A stretch of 64,000 bases of DNA from a virus (taxonomy: Duplodnaviria > Heunggongvirae > Uroviricota > Caudoviricetes): IMG/VR virus record IMGVR_UViG_3300015608_002795, positions 1-64,000 of that record, one strand, 5' to 3'. The position numbers and the translations under genes were made by a program. The notes under the pieces were generated by a model. The model ran no database searches. It worked only from the letters and a program-made list of their open reading frames with translations, and was not told the origin of the DNA. Of this stretch, positions 35,684 through 46,156 are shown in pieces. Numbering within the stretch: position 1 is the first letter of the stretch; the number at the start of each line of letters is the position of its first letter.

Positions 35684-36094
35684 ATGGTAAAGAAGTACTA
35701 CGAATATTATAAATCATCATTTATTCAAATATCTAATAATGATTATCGTTCTCTAATGGGTGAAACTAACGAGTATGGATATCTTATTAATCTAAATAGG
35801 ATTTCAAATTTTGATGAAAGAGATACTATACTGATAAAATCATTAGGATTTGATATTGCTTTTTCTGATATCGATAGTCAAAAAAGCAACTACCGTAAAT
35901 CATCTATACTTTTTAAAAAGGGTGAGGTTGTTCCGACACTTATAATAACTAAAATCGAGGATGAATATTTTATCGTAAATGTTATATTGAAAAATGATAA
36001 AAAAAGATCTTATTTTGATCCAGCATATATAAATGAATATTATAAGTGCGACCAAATAGATGGATTAATATCCTGTTTAAAAGATATTTTATGA
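35684..36094 (+). CDS. hypothetical protein (136 aa)
   Basis: intact ORF. Confidence 0.45.
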   Translation: MVKKYYEYYKSSFIQISNNDYRSLMGETNEYGYLINLNRISNFDERDTILIKSLGFDIAFSDIDSQKSNYRKSSILFKKGEVVPTLIITKIEDEYFIVNVILKNDKKRSYFDPAYINEYYKCDQIDGLISCLKDIL

Positions 36095-36957
36095 TTCAGA
36101 TTAGAATTGATAATGATGCAAATTATAAGTCTATTTTTTTCAATGGTAAAACCATAAGACAAAAAATAAACGGAAATATTCCAATTACCTCACCAAAATT
36201 TGCAGAAATAGAGGATGTTGCTATAAACAGTAAATGTTTTGCTAATTGTAATTATTGTTATGTGTCTGCTCTATCATCTGGAGAAAATTTTGATAATATT
36301 GTGGAGAAATCTATAGACGTTTGGGGATCCGTTAGTCAAAATAGTCGACCATTTCAAATTGCTATAGGAGGTGCTGGTGAACCAACTCTACATCCACAAT
36401 TTATAGACTTCATAAAATCTGTTAAGGACTTAGGAATAACACCTAATTATACAACAAATGGTATGCATTTATCTTCTGATATATTAGAATCCACAGAAAA
36501 ATATTGCGGGGGTGTGGCACTTAGTTATCATCCGCATATAAAAAAAGTATTTGATATTGCAATAAAAAAGTTAAAATCTATTAAAACAAAACTCAATATT
36601 CATATAATATTGGGAACTGATCAATCATTAATTGATGTAAAAAATTTGTACGAAATACATAAAGATGATATTGAATATTTTGTGATACTACCATATCAAG
36701 CATCAGGAAGAGGAAAGGAAATAGAAACTTCTTTAGTATGGAATAATTTTTTTAATTTTATATACTCACTACCAGAAAGATATCAATCCAAGTTTGCATT
36801 TGGTGCCTTATTTTATAAGTGGATTAATGAAAATGATATCAAATTAGATATAGATATATATGAGCCAGAAATATATTCTGGATATAGAATAATGGATGAC
36901 TCATATAAAACACTAAGAATATCAAGTTATAATACAAATCCTAAAAATAATATATAA
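36091..36957 (+). CDS. radical SAM enzyme (CxxxCxxC)
   Basis: 'CFANCNYCYV' cluster-binding motif about 50 aa from the ATG at 36091. Confidence 0.6.
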   Translation: MIQIRIDNDANYKSIFFNGKTIRQKINGNIPITSPKFAEIEDVAINSKCFANCNYCYVSALSSGENFDNIVEKSIDVWGSVSQNSRPFQIAIGGAGEPTLHPQFIDFIKSVKDLGITPNYTTNGMHLSSDILESTEKYCGGVALSYHPHIKKVFDIAIKKLKSIKTKLNIHIILGTDQSLIDVKNLYEIHKDDIEYFVILPYQASGRGKEIETSLVWNNFFNFIYSLPERYQSKFAFGALFYKWINENDIKLDIDIYEPEIYSGYRIMDDSYKTLRISSYNTNPKNNI

Positions 36958-36961
36958 ATCT

Positions 36962-37420
36962 ATGAAGAAAATATTTGAATTTAATGTAGATAATACAATA
37001 GATATAATAACGAATTCATCTTCTGAACTATTTGTTCTAAAGGGAAAGACTAAAGAAATAGTAGAAGAGATGATCAGAGAAGTCTATCCGTCATTTGAAG
37101 ATGAGTACAAGCTAGTAACAATAGAAGAGTGTGATGAGGATGATTTATCTACATATATAAACAGTGTCTTTTTAAAATATGATAGTGATGATTTTGCTAT
37201 GTGTAAAAAACTAAATGTCCGACCAAATATCTTATACAAAAATTTTGGAATGTATGGTATTGAAAATTATTGGAGCGGAGAATATTCTAAAGAGGGTAGA
37301 GAAATTTTACTAAATAATATTCCAAAGAATACCTATTTATTATTCTCCTTAGATGAAAATCCTAATTGGGATATGCAGGAGCGTTTAATGACTATTGCAT
37401 CTAGATATCATCTTGGATAA
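36962..37420 (+). CDS. hypothetical protein (152 aa)
   Basis: coupled to the radical SAM gene. Confidence 0.5.
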   Translation: MKKIFEFNVDNTIDIITNSSSELFVLKGKTKEIVEEMIREVYPSFEDEYKLVTIEECDEDDLSTYINSVFLKYDSDDFAMCKKLNVRPNILYKNFGMYGIENYWSGEYSKEGREILLNNIPKNTYLLFSLDENPNWDMQERLMTIASRYHLG

Positions 37421-37422
37421 TT

Positions 37423-37453
37423 TTTGGAATATAAAAAAAATATAGTATATTTG
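37423..37453 (+). promoter_or_regulatory. Bacteroidetes-type promoter (TTTGGAAT..TAGTATATTTGTAA)
   Basis: followed by the terminator hairpin at 37537-37566 and then the ArgRS-like gene. Confidence 0.5.
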
Positions 37454-37588
37454 TAATATGAAATTAATGGTAAATAATAGGAATAGAGAAACAGATTCAG
37501 TCTGATTGGATATTCCTTGCTAAAAAATAACAAGATAACCCGTCAGAAATGACGGGTTTTTTTGTGCTAAAAATTAAAAATTAAAAAA

Positions 37589-38758
37589 ATGAAAATTGAT
37601 ATAAACAAAATAAAAATAACACCAGAAAAACTTGGATTTAATTTCTGCCAATTTGGTGAATTAACAGAAGAAGTAAAATCTTGGGTTGATTTTTGGAAAT
37701 TTAAAACAGAAAAATCAGGACCATTTACTAACATAATAGTTGGTGATATAGATTTTGAATTAATATTCAATGAATCAGTCAGTTACGACTATGTAGATGG
37801 ATTTAGTCCTAACCTAAATAAACATCTTCATGTTGGACATTTATCAAATCTTGTTATTGCAAATGCAATGCAGAAATTGGGAATAGGAAAAGAGTTCATT
37901 GCAATATTAGGTGATACCTTAGATGGTGAGGTAAATAAGTCAGATGCACTTTCATCATACCAAAAATATTGTCAAGAATTCAATTATAAAGTAGATAAAA
38001 TTTTTTACGCTTCTGACATGAAATTAAAGGATGATATTTTAAAAGAGGGAGAAGGTGACTACTTAGGATCAAAAGTATTTGATTTAGGTGATGAAAAAAT
38101 AGTTGGAATAAAGAGTTCTGGATTAACATCTTACTTTTATCAAGATGTTGCCTTAGCTCAACACTTAAATTCATCGACTCTTTATCTGACTGGTTTTGAA
38201 CAGGATAATCACTTCAAATCATTAAAGAAGCTATTTCCATCGACAAACCATATAGGTTTAGGATTAGTTCTTCTAAATGGTAAGAAAATGTCAAGTAGTG
38301 AAGGTAATATCATTCTATTAAAAGATTTTATAAACCAACTATTAGAAATGTTTAATGATATAAAATTGGTTTATAATATTTTAGCTGGTCAAATTTTAAA
38401 ATCAGCACCAGGTAGTAGTAAATCAATTGATATGAAACTAATTAGTAATCCTAAATTATCACTTGGGTTATATTTAAGTTACACTATGGCACATATTAAA
38501 AGTTGTGGAGTAGAAACAAAAAAAATTAAAAATTATGTATCAGAGGAATTACAATTTGCAGAACTAAAATCAAAAGTAAATTTAAGTCCTAATTTATTAT
38601 TTGAATCTCTAGTAAAACACTGTAAGTCAATTAATAAGTTATATGAGACACATTATATAAAAAACAACAAAGAAAATATAGAACTTTTCTCTACACTAAT
38701 CTCTGATTTAGAGTTAGGAATGAGTAAATTAGGTATGTTTTCCATTGATAAAGTATAA
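37589..38758 (+). CDS. class-I aminoacyl-tRNA-synthetase-like catalytic core (ArgRS-like: 'LHVGHLSN' HIGH and 'KMSSS'), no anticodon-binding domain
   Basis: 'FSPNLNKHLHVGHLSNLVIANAMQKLG' resembles the ArgRS/CysRS HIGH region; 'KMSSSEGN' is KMSKS-like; 389 aa versus more than 550 aa for a full ArgRS. Confidence 0.55.
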   Translation: MKIDINKIKITPEKLGFNFCQFGELTEEVKSWVDFWKFKTEKSGPFTNIIVGDIDFELIFNESVSYDYVDGFSPNLNKHLHVGHLSNLVIANAMQKLGIGKEFIAILGDTLDGEVNKSDALSSYQKYCQEFNYKVDKIFYASDMKLKDDILKEGEGDYLGSKVFDLGDEKIVGIKSSGLTSYFYQDVALAQHLNSSTLYLTGFEQDNHFKSLKKLFPSTNHIGLGLVLLNGKKMSSSEGNIILLKDFINQLLEMFNDIKLVYNILAGQILKSAPGSSKSIDMKLISNPKLSLGLYLSYTMAHIKSCGVETKKIKNYVSEELQFAELKSKVNLSPNLLFESLVKHCKSINKLYETHYIKNNKENIELFSTLISDLELGMSKLGMFSIDKV

Positions 38759-38847
38759 AAATTAAAATTATGAAAGGTTGGATAAAGTCAATAAGACAAT
38801 CAAAAGGATCGTAACTTAACGGAAAAATCACAAAAAATCTAACTATT

Positions 38848-38922
38848 GATAAATATCACTGTAGTTCAACTGAATAGAATTGAGGTTTCCTAAACTTCGG
38901 ATGTGGGTTTGATTCCCACCAG
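38848..38922 (+). tRNA. tRNA-like (acceptor ATCACTG/CAGTGAT perfect, T-arm GTGGG-TTTGATT-CCCAC, aberrant anticodon region)
   Basis: lies at the 3' end of the minus-strand HNH gene. Confidence 0.3.
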
Positions 38923-39630
38923 TGATTCATAATATTTAATCCATTTCCTTATGGAGTTATCACTAACCCCATATTTTCTACCCGTGCCACAGTACCCTAA
39001 TCTTTTCACATCATCTAATATTACATCATAATTTGGCCTTTTTACTTTTCTTGTTTGTGATTTATCTTGTTTATTAAAACATTTTAAGCACATTTTAGAG
39101 TGTTTTAATATTTTCATACCACAAACACAATATGTATTTTTTTTATTTAATTTATTAAATAAATATTCATCATAATCAAAATCAAAAATATTTAAATTCT
39201 CCTTATTTATATTTTCTATTATTGTTTTTATGATGTCTTTATTAAAGCAAACAGAAAAATGTATTTCGTATAATTTCCAGTTTGATTTTTCTATTATATC
39301 ATGCCTATTTTGATAATAGGCTTTCAAATTACCATTTTTTTCATAATGTTGGTTACCATTTATTTCTATTCCAACTTTTTTATTAGGAAAGGCAATATCT
39401 ATTGAAAAATGTCTATCAGTAAGTGGTGTAAATTCTTCAACATATAAAATATTCATTTCATATAGAGCTTCTTTGAATTTATTACAAGGTATTGATTTGA
39501 ATTTTTCTTTTGATTTCCAGTTATGTTTGTCGGGGTTATTTTTATAAAATTCTTTTCTTGAGTTTGATATTTTTAATTTTGTAGATTCTGATATTTTTTT
39601 ACCACGCTTTGTTAGTCCAATATTTCCCAA
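38890..39630 (-). CDS. HNH-family homing endonuclease-like protein; separate HTH mini-ORF upstream in another frame (39639-39719, minus strand)
   Basis: C-terminal HTH 'YGVSDNSIRKWIKYY' as in the 34131 HNH; the upstream 26-codon ORF 'MNEIVIKLRKSGKSIREIAIDIGVFA' is an HTH. Confidence 0.6.
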   Translation of the reverse strand: MGNIGLTKRGKKISESTKLKISNSRKEFYKNNPDKHNWKSKEKFKSIPCNKFKEALYEMNILYVEEFTPLTDRHFSIDIAFPNKKVGIEINGNQHYEKNGNLKAYYQNRHDIIEKSNWKLYEIHFSVCFNKDIIKTIIENINKENLNIFDFDYDEYLFNKLNKKNTYCVCGMKILKHSKMCLKCFNKQDKSQTRKVKRPNYDVILDDVKRLGYCGTGRKYGVSDNSIRKWIKYYESLVGIKPTSEV

Positions 39631-39828
39631 TCCATTTTCTACGCAAATACTCCTATATCAATGGCAATTTCACGAATAGACTTCCCACTTTTTCTCAATT
39701 TAATTACGATTTCATTCATGTATTATATATTAAATATTCGAACCTACATATATGATTTTTTTATATACTAATTAAGGTATGTTCGAATCACTCCGGGACT
39801 TCTTAAAAAATTTTTAATATATACTCCT

Positions 39829-40428
39829 ATGGATAAAGTCTTTTCTATAAAAGAATTCATCGGGAGTCAAGTTTATAATGGTGAATTATTAGATATTAAA
39901 ATCTTTAAACAAAGTGATGATTCTCTTTGTGGTCCGGCATCTATAAAAATGATACTTGATTTTTATGGAAACAATATTACCGAATCTGAAATTGCAAAAT
40001 TATGTAATCATACTTATGAATTAGGAACTGATGATGTTCATATGAAACAAGCATGTGAATCTCTTGGGTATGAAGTTTTCATTAAAAATGAATCTACATT
40101 TGATGATATAAATAATTTTCTTAGAAAGGGAATACCAGTTATTGTAGATTGGTTCGCAGGTGTTAAATTAGATGATGAAGATGTATCTGAAGGATTTGTA
40201 TATGATACAAAATTACCAACCGATGTAGGTGTTCCAAATGGTCACTCTTCTATAGTTGTTGGATTAGATGATGCTTATATTTATTTAATAGATCCTGAAA
40301 TTGCTGAAATTAGGAAAATAAGAAAAGAAGATTTTATCAGGGTGTGGTTTGATTTTAGAAATCCATACATTATGAACTGGGAAGAAATGATTTTAAGACA
40401 AATTTTTGTTATTTTACCAAACAAATAG
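39829..40428 (+). CDS. C39-like papain-fold cysteine peptidase
   Basis: 'QSDDSLCGPASIKMILDFYG' matches the peptidase-C39 catalytic Cys region; a conserved His lies downstream. Confidence 0.55.
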   Translation: MDKVFSIKEFIGSQVYNGELLDIKIFKQSDDSLCGPASIKMILDFYGNNITESEIAKLCNHTYELGTDDVHMKQACESLGYEVFIKNESTFDDINNFLRKGIPVIVDWFAGVKLDDEDVSEGFVYDTKLPTDVGVPNGHSSIVVGLDDAYIYLIDPEIAEIRKIRKEDFIRVWFDFRNPYIMNWEEMILRQIFVILPNK

Positions 40429-40485
40429 TATATTTGTATTTATGAACGTCACCAGACGGGAAATCCGAAGTAAAAACCTACTTGA

Positions 40486-40851
40486 TTAAGTATCTCCGTA
40501 GTGATCGATACAGGAATATATCAAAACCTCGGATTCACTAACTTTATATTCTAATCTTACTTTCTTATTTATTCTCTTCGAACATCTACCATCACCTTTT
40601 AAATGTTCTGACCTTCCTAGCCCAGCACTTTGTGGTCTCCACAATTCGGGATTTCTAGCCATATCATTTATCAACGAAACTACTTTTTTATAATCATTTT
40701 TATTTAATTGAAGCATCTCATTAAATTCCTCAAATGCTTTTTTAGTAAAGGAAATTTTCCTCTCGACCTTCTTACTAGGATCAGAGTTATTAGATATATG
40801 AGCATGCATTCTATAGCTCTCATTCACAAAATTTTCGAATCTTGTAATCAT
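40486..40851 (-). CDS. hypothetical protein (121 aa)
   Basis: intact ORF. Confidence 0.45.
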   Translation of the reverse strand: MITRFENFVNESYRMHAHISNNSDPSKKVERKISFTKKAFEEFNEMLQLNKNDYKKVVSLINDMARNPELWRPQSAGLGRSEHLKGDGRCSKRINKKVRLEYKVSESEVLIYSCIDHYGDT

Positions 40852-40861
40852 ACTTTATATA

Positions 40862-43135
40862 TTATAAATTTTCCTTATTAATTTCACCTCTTATTATACT
40901 AGTATCAGCCTGATTTAATGGATAATTAGGTAGTGTTAGCCTCATATTTGCATTATCTGCGAATATTAAGTACCTATAATCCTCTCCAATTATTGCTTGA
41001 TTTAATAATTTACTATGTTCTGACTCAGGAACAATATCATTAAACAATCTAATATTCGTAATCTTCATATCAGACCCTAATATTGTAGCATTTGTATTTT
41101 CCAATTCAAAATTAACTATTGTTAAATCATTCTCTTGTGAATATACTTTCTTTAGTATGGTAGAATCTATTGAAGAAGCATCTGATTCAACATCAGTATT
41201 TCTTTTATAAATCCATTGGTTTATTTTTCGTTGTCTTTGATCAACATTCACAAGATATGAGTACCACGTTCCTTCCTGTAAAGCGTTAGCATTTCCAGTA
41301 ACTCCTATAGCAAAATTATAACTATCTGTATTTAATGTAAATGATATCACATCAGATTCTAGATTTATTTTAAATCCTAAACTATTTGTATCATCATAAT
41401 ATTTTATGAAATTATAACTATCATTAACGGTATAGTTATTTATATTAAACCATAACATGAAGCTAAAATTATCAGACACTTTGAAATAATCTCTGAAGTT
41501 TCTATATGTAACACCAGTAGATTGATAAGTAATACTATTTAAATCATAATTGGACTTACTAATAATGTTAGTAGAGTTTTCAATTAACTCTTTATCAATA
41601 TCAACAAGAATTTCAGTTCTTAGAACATCTCTTGTAAGTGGTCTAAATTGTTCCTTGTTAGCGACATCTTTCTTATCTAGAGAATTTTCAAGTCCAAATA
41701 GTTCATCAATAGTAGAATTCTTAGTAAGTTCTTTAACTTTATCAGTGATTGTCTGATTAACACCAATAATATTGGATTTTTGTACATATTTTTTAAGCAT
41801 AACCTTATAGTATAAAGCAGAGTTGTTAAAATTTCTAAATTGTTGAGCATGCTCTACTTGAAACATTCTGTTTAAATTACAAAACCACAAAAAATCTTCT
41901 TTACTTGGTCTTTTTTCAACCCCAAATGCCTTTTTAAACATTTCTTTTGGTATGTGAACTTCAAAACTATCAAATAAAGAAAGGTCAAATTGATTCATTG
42001 CTATTTGATTATCAGGAAAATTATTTCCATCAACCGCTATTTTCATCATCTCACTACACACATAATTGTATAATTGATATTCGTGGAAGGTAAAATCTAT
42101 TCCTTTCTTATCAGGATCGGTTAGAAAATAAACTACATCGTGTCCAAACATTTGGGTCGAATCATTACTTAATTGATTAAGTAAATTTACTGCCTGTGTT
42201 TGTTGATATGGTTGAAATAATTTCGATATATCATCAGGGGTTAATGGTTTTAATGGACTAGCATCACAACTAGATCCATCTAAAAGACCGCTTGTAGAGT
42301 TAGAATCACTAGCTGTTCCACCAACAATGCCTAACATTAGACAACTACAATTTTCTCTGACACCATATAAATTTGTTTTTTGTGCATCAAGTGTAACGTT
42401 TTGGAAGTCACCAATTAAATTAATATCAAATATTTTAACAATTGATGATCCACTATATTCTATTAAATATTCAATTTGAAAAAATCTTACTGGATTTATT
42501 CTAACAGTTGATATATTTTCTTTAGTTAATGGTTCCCATTGTGATACAGTTCTACCATAATCCTGTGAGAATCTATACTTTATATTAGCATTGGTAATAT
42601 CACCACTTGATAGAATTTCTATATCATCAATTTTAAAGACCTTATAAATATAAGGTGGCTTAATAACAATAGATGTATTTGTAGTATTTAAGGTGATAAT
42701 ACTCTCACCATCGGTTATACTTCTAGCAACTGCCCCATTTAATGTATAATCGAGAAGTTTAATAGTTCCAATGTCAGATGTCCCTGCTCTTTCCCATTTT
42801 ATATCGATATACATCGGATCTTTTGGATCAACTGTTTGAAAATTAAGTATGGTACTATTCAATTCAGACCATCCAGTCCATGTTGTATTATTCCTTGATA
42901 TTCTATAATATGTATTTAGGTATCTAGAATTGCTTGTTCCAGAAGAATTATAATCAAAGGTTTTGAATTTCTCAATATCTGATAAGTTTAATATTGATTG
43001 TATATAGGTATCACCAATACCCACAAACTGCGGTTCTTCTCCTGTTGCAAATGTTTCAGTTATTGAAATAACTCCAGTAAGTGTGTTTTTATCTACAGAA
43101 TACATAATATGATATATATTAAAAATGTATTTCAC
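40862..43135 (-). CDS. large hypothetical protein (757 aa), probable virion structural or receptor-binding protein
   Basis: long Asn/Ser/Thr/Tyr-rich beta-rich sequence typical of tail fibre/lectin-like proteins; promoter-like TATATTTG just upstream on the minus side. Confidence 0.55.
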   Translation of the reverse strand: MKYIFNIYHIMYSVDKNTLTGVISITETFATGEEPQFVGIGDTYIQSILNLSDIEKFKTFDYNSSGTSNSRYLNTYYRISRNNTTWTGWSELNSTILNFQTVDPKDPMYIDIKWERAGTSDIGTIKLLDYTLNGAVARSITDGESIITLNTTNTSIVIKPPYIYKVFKIDDIEILSSGDITNANIKYRFSQDYGRTVSQWEPLTKENISTVRINPVRFFQIEYLIEYSGSSIVKIFDINLIGDFQNVTLDAQKTNLYGVRENCSCLMLGIVGGTASDSNSTSGLLDGSSCDASPLKPLTPDDISKLFQPYQQTQAVNLLNQLSNDSTQMFGHDVVYFLTDPDKKGIDFTFHEYQLYNYVCSEMMKIAVDGNNFPDNQIAMNQFDLSLFDSFEVHIPKEMFKKAFGVEKRPSKEDFLWFCNLNRMFQVEHAQQFRNFNNSALYYKVMLKKYVQKSNIIGVNQTITDKVKELTKNSTIDELFGLENSLDKKDVANKEQFRPLTRDVLRTEILVDIDKELIENSTNIISKSNYDLNSITYQSTGVTYRNFRDYFKVSDNFSFMLWFNINNYTVNDSYNFIKYYDDTNSLGFKINLESDVISFTLNTDSYNFAIGVTGNANALQEGTWYSYLVNVDQRQRKINQWIYKRNTDVESDASSIDSTILKKVYSQENDLTIVNFELENTNATILGSDMKITNIRLFNDIVPESEHSKLLNQAIIGEDYRYLIFADNANMRLTLPNYPLNQADTSIIRGEINKENL

Positions 43136-43158
43136 AAAGAATCTGTATATTTGTAATT

Positions 43159-43386
43159 ATGAAGATTTATCCAAAAGAAGATATTAAAAATGGATTTGAT
43201 CAAATCATATGGTATAAAAATAAATCATATGAATGCACACAAATAGAAGAGAATAGAGACCTTTGGGTAGTTACATGTGAACTCATTGCTAATGAATACC
43301 CACTACTTAAAATGAGTGAAATACTTTTACGATTCTATACTATTGAAGATCAAAGAGATATGAGGATAGATGATGTCCTAAAATAA
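43159..43386 (+). CDS. hypothetical protein (75 aa)
   Basis: intact ORF. Confidence 0.4.
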   Translation: MKIYPKEDIKNGFDQIIWYKNKSYECTQIEENRDLWVVTCELIANEYPLLKMSEILLRFYTIEDQRDMRIDDVLK

Positions 43387-43387
43387 T

Positions 43388-43418
43388 TTTGTTTATTCCG
43401 AAAATGTTCGTATATTTG
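43388..43418 (+). promoter_or_regulatory. Bacteroidetes-type promoter (TTTGTTTATTCC..CGTATATTTGTAA)
   Basis: 18 nt upstream of the peptidase gene start. Confidence 0.5.
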
Positions 43419-43435
43419 TAAAAAATTATTGTATA

Positions 43436-44641
43436 ATGAACATAAAAGAAACATTTTTAAGATTGACAAGTAAGACTTATCCACATGGAAGTGAGTCTGA
43501 ACTGTACGATCTATTAATCGACGGATTGGAATTTGACGAGTTTGGTAACAGATACATACAAGTTGGCGAAAGCACCTGTATGTTTACTTCTCACCTGGAT
43601 ACAGCCACATCTGCTAAGACAGATGTTAATCATGTTTTTGAAGGTAATATTATTAAGACAGATGGTACATCAATTTTAGGCGCAGATGATAAGGCAGGTG
43701 TTACTATCATGTTTTATATGATTGAGAATAAAGTGCCTGGTCTATATTATTTCTTCTTAGGTGAAGAGGTTGGTTGTATCGGATCTAAGAAACTATCTAC
43801 TAAATTAAATACTACAAAAGAATATCCATTTGATAAGATCAATAAGGTTATTTCATTTGATAGGCGTGGATATGACTCTGTTATCACCTATCAAGCAAGT
43901 AGCAGATGCTGTTCTGATGAATTCGCTCAAGCTTTAGCAGATGACCTAAATAAGTGTGGTGTAGCTTTTAATTATAAGCCAGATCCAACAGGTATCTATA
44001 CGGACTCTGCTCAATTTACACGAATTTATCCAGAATGTACCAACATTTCAGTTGGATATAAGTCTGAGCACACTTTCTCTGAAAATCAAGATATTGATCA
44101 CTTAGAAGAATTAGGCAAAGCTTGTTTAAACGTTGAATGGGAAAAACTGCCTGTAACAAGAGATCCAAGCAAGTATGAATACAGAAGTTATAGTTATGGA
44201 TACGGTGATTGGGAGTCTGAATGGGAAGATTATTATGGATATGGATCTTATGGAAATAGATCTAGAATGATTTCCAACGCAGCATCCGCATCATCATATA
44301 CACCGCCTGAAAAAGATGAAACTTTACACTTCTATGATGAAGAATACCAATTTGTATCTTCTCTTAAGAAGAATAAGCTTAGTGATAGATTAATTTCTGT
44401 AGATTTTGCACCTGAAAGAATTGATGATGAAAAATCATCCATCATTGAAATACTTGAATCACTTGAAGTAGATTATAAGGCGGTCAAATGGGATGGATTC
44501 AAACTTGTGGTCAAACACAATGAGCCAGCAGATCATACTACAGAATGCTTGAGAGCTGATCTAACTGAATTCTTACCAAATCTTGATTTCTGGAAAAAAG
44601 AAATTGAAGATTATAAAGGAGTTAGTGATAAGATTTATTAA
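43436..44641 (+). CDS. M20/M28/M42-family metallopeptidase-like protein
   Basis: 'HLDTATSAKTDV' and 'GADDKAGVTIM' metal-ligand motifs. Confidence 0.55.
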   Translation: MNIKETFLRLTSKTYPHGSESELYDLLIDGLEFDEFGNRYIQVGESTCMFTSHLDTATSAKTDVNHVFEGNIIKTDGTSILGADDKAGVTIMFYMIENKVPGLYYFFLGEEVGCIGSKKLSTKLNTTKEYPFDKINKVISFDRRGYDSVITYQASSRCCSDEFAQALADDLNKCGVAFNYKPDPTGIYTDSAQFTRIYPECTNISVGYKSEHTFSENQDIDHLEELGKACLNVEWEKLPVTRDPSKYEYRSYSYGYGDWESEWEDYYGYGSYGNRSRMISNAASASSYTPPEKDETLHFYDEEYQFVSSLKKNKLSDRLISVDFAPERIDDEKSSIIEILESLEVDYKAVKWDGFKLVVKHNEPADHTTECLRADLTEFLPNLDFWKKEIEDYKGVSDKIY

Positions 44642-44651
44642 AAATATTAAA

Positions 44652-45116
44652 ATGAAAACATTAGCAATATACGCTGGATCATTTAATCCATTTCACATTG
44701 GTCATTTGAATATTTTGGAAAAGGCAGAAAAAATTTTTGGAAAAGGAAATGTACTAGTTGCCATGGGTGTAAATCCAGCTAAATTGTCGTTAGATGAAGT
44801 AAGAAAAGGAGCCTTAGAAAAAATGTCTCTTTTAGAGAATAAGATTGGAAGAAAGGTTGAAGCCTATTTTTCCTTTCTACATGAGTTTATTGAACAAAAA
44901 GAGAAAGAAGGATACGATGTTGTATTAGTTAGAGGTCTAAGAAATGGTGATGATCTCGCTTATGAAAATAATCAATTGAGTTTCATACATGACTTTAAAC
45001 CTGAGGTTAAATCAGTGTTTATTATGTGTGATAAGCAATATGAACACGTTTCATCTTCTTCTATTCGTCAATTGGAATCTTTTATTCCAGGTAGTGGGTC
45101 CAAATATTTAGTATGA
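44652..45116 (+). CDS. nucleotidyltransferase of the NMNAT/PPAT (cytidylyltransferase-like) family
   Basis: 'IYAGSFNPFHIGHLNIL' is the (H/T)xGH adenylyltransferase signature (GxFxPxHxGH). Confidence 0.65.
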   Translation: MKTLAIYAGSFNPFHIGHLNILEKAEKIFGKGNVLVAMGVNPAKLSLDEVRKGALEKMSLLENKIGRKVEAYFSFLHEFIEQKEKEGYDVVLVRGLRNGDDLAYENNQLSFIHDFKPEVKSVFIMCDKQYEHVSSSSIRQLESFIPGSGSKYLV

Positions 45117-45487
45117 TATTTATTCGTTTTATTTTATTATTATCATCTATCTATATAATATATAGGTCAACACATATGATATTTGATATCATAATTAGTC
45201 ACTCTTCCTATAATAAAGCATTCAAAAGGTATAATGATATTAATAATAAGATTGCAAACTTTTTATACCAATCTGATAATATCAATAAATATAGAAGTCA
45301 AACATCTGAGTATTTAAAAATAACTTATGATAATTTAAAAGAGTTCACTGAAATTGTGTCGATGAAGGATTACACGATGTATTACATTAAATCTTATAAA
45401 GAACTATATGATTTATTTAAAGATATTATACCTGAACTAGTTCAGGAGGAAAGAGAAAAAAAATTAAATAAAATTTTGTTGGTTTAA
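45113..45487 (+). CDS. hypothetical membrane protein (124 aa)
   Basis: hydrophobic N-terminus 'MIFIRFILLLSSIYIIY'. Confidence 0.4.
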   Translation: MIFIRFILLLSSIYIIYRSTHMIFDIIISHSSYNKAFKRYNDINNKIANFLYQSDNINKYRSQTSEYLKITYDNLKEFTEIVSMKDYTMYYIKSYKELYDLFKDIIPELVQEEREKKLNKILLV

Positions 45488-45505
45488 AAAGATTTCGTAT
45501 CTTTG
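45475..45505 (+). promoter_or_regulatory. Bacteroidetes-type promoter (TTTGTTGG..TTCGTATCTTTGTG)
   Basis: followed by a leader, the terminator hairpin at 45676-45713 and the 3' tRNA super-cluster. Confidence 0.5.
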
Positions 45506-45716
45506 TGTAACAAAAGAAAAAATAAACTAAAAGGGACAATTAAAATATAATATATACTATTATGAAATTATTTATTAACATACAAGTTCAGCCGACTCAA
45601 CAACCCGATCAGGATCCTGATAAGGGAAAGGCTATCTGTATGTTATAAACGATTTAAAATTAATTCAAAATAACTACCCATTTAGCCTAAACTAAATGGG
45701 TTTTTTTGTTTTATAT

Positions 45717-45790
45717 CGGGTAGTGTGGACAATTGGGAGTCTCCTCCGTCTGGACCGGAGTGAATGCAGGTTCGAGCCCTGTCTACCCGA
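45717..45790 (+). tRNA. tRNA-Pro (UGG)-like (C33 in loop TCTGGAC)
   Basis: acceptor CGGGTAG/CTACCCG perfect; anticodon stem CTCCG/CGGAG; T-arm GCAGG-TTCGAGC-CCTGT. Confidence 0.5.
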
Positions 45791-45849
45791 CTGATTGAGA
45801 CTGTTATTAATTCATAGACCGCATAAAAGGGAATCATAGAATTAAAAAA

Positions 45850-45924
45850 CGAGAATGTGTTGTAAACCGGTTGCATACTTCCCCTGGAAGGAAGAGGAGT
45901 GGTTCGAATCCAACATTTTCGACA
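45850..45924 (+). tRNA. tRNA-like (UGG hairpin CTTCC-CCTGGAA-GGAAG), weak T-stem
   Basis: acceptor CGAGAAT/ATTTTCG (1 GU); T-loop TTCGAAT present. Confidence 0.3.
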
Positions 45925-45966
45925 GGTCTAGTTAGATTTCTAGCGTGTAATAATAAAAAATCAAAC

Positions 45967-46041
45967 GGTGCCATCCATCATTGGTCAGGGCTACCTCACT
46001 GTCTATGAGTGTAGGTGCGGGTTCGAATCCCGTTGGTACCG
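45967..46041 (+). tRNA. tRNA-Asp (GUC)? (loop CTGTCTA; an alternative register would give CUA)
   Basis: acceptor GGTGCCA/TGGTACC; T-arm GCGGG-TTCGAAT-CCCGT; anticodon stem only 4 bp in either register. Confidence 0.45.
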
Positions 46042-46052
46042 CAAAAAGGAAA

Positions 46053-46123
46053 GGTCTATTAGTTTAATGGTAAAATGTCAGCTTGTCACGCTGATGTCAC
46101 GAGTTCGATTCTCGTATAGACCG
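46053..46123 (+). tRNA. tRNA-Asp (GUC)
   Basis: acceptor GGTCTAT/ATAGACC perfect; anticodon stem TCAGC/GCTGA with loop TTGTCAC; T-arm ACGAG-TTCGATT-CTCGT. Confidence 0.65.
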
Positions 46124-46156
46124 CAACAGGGCTGCGTCTGTATAAAGCAGGCATTG

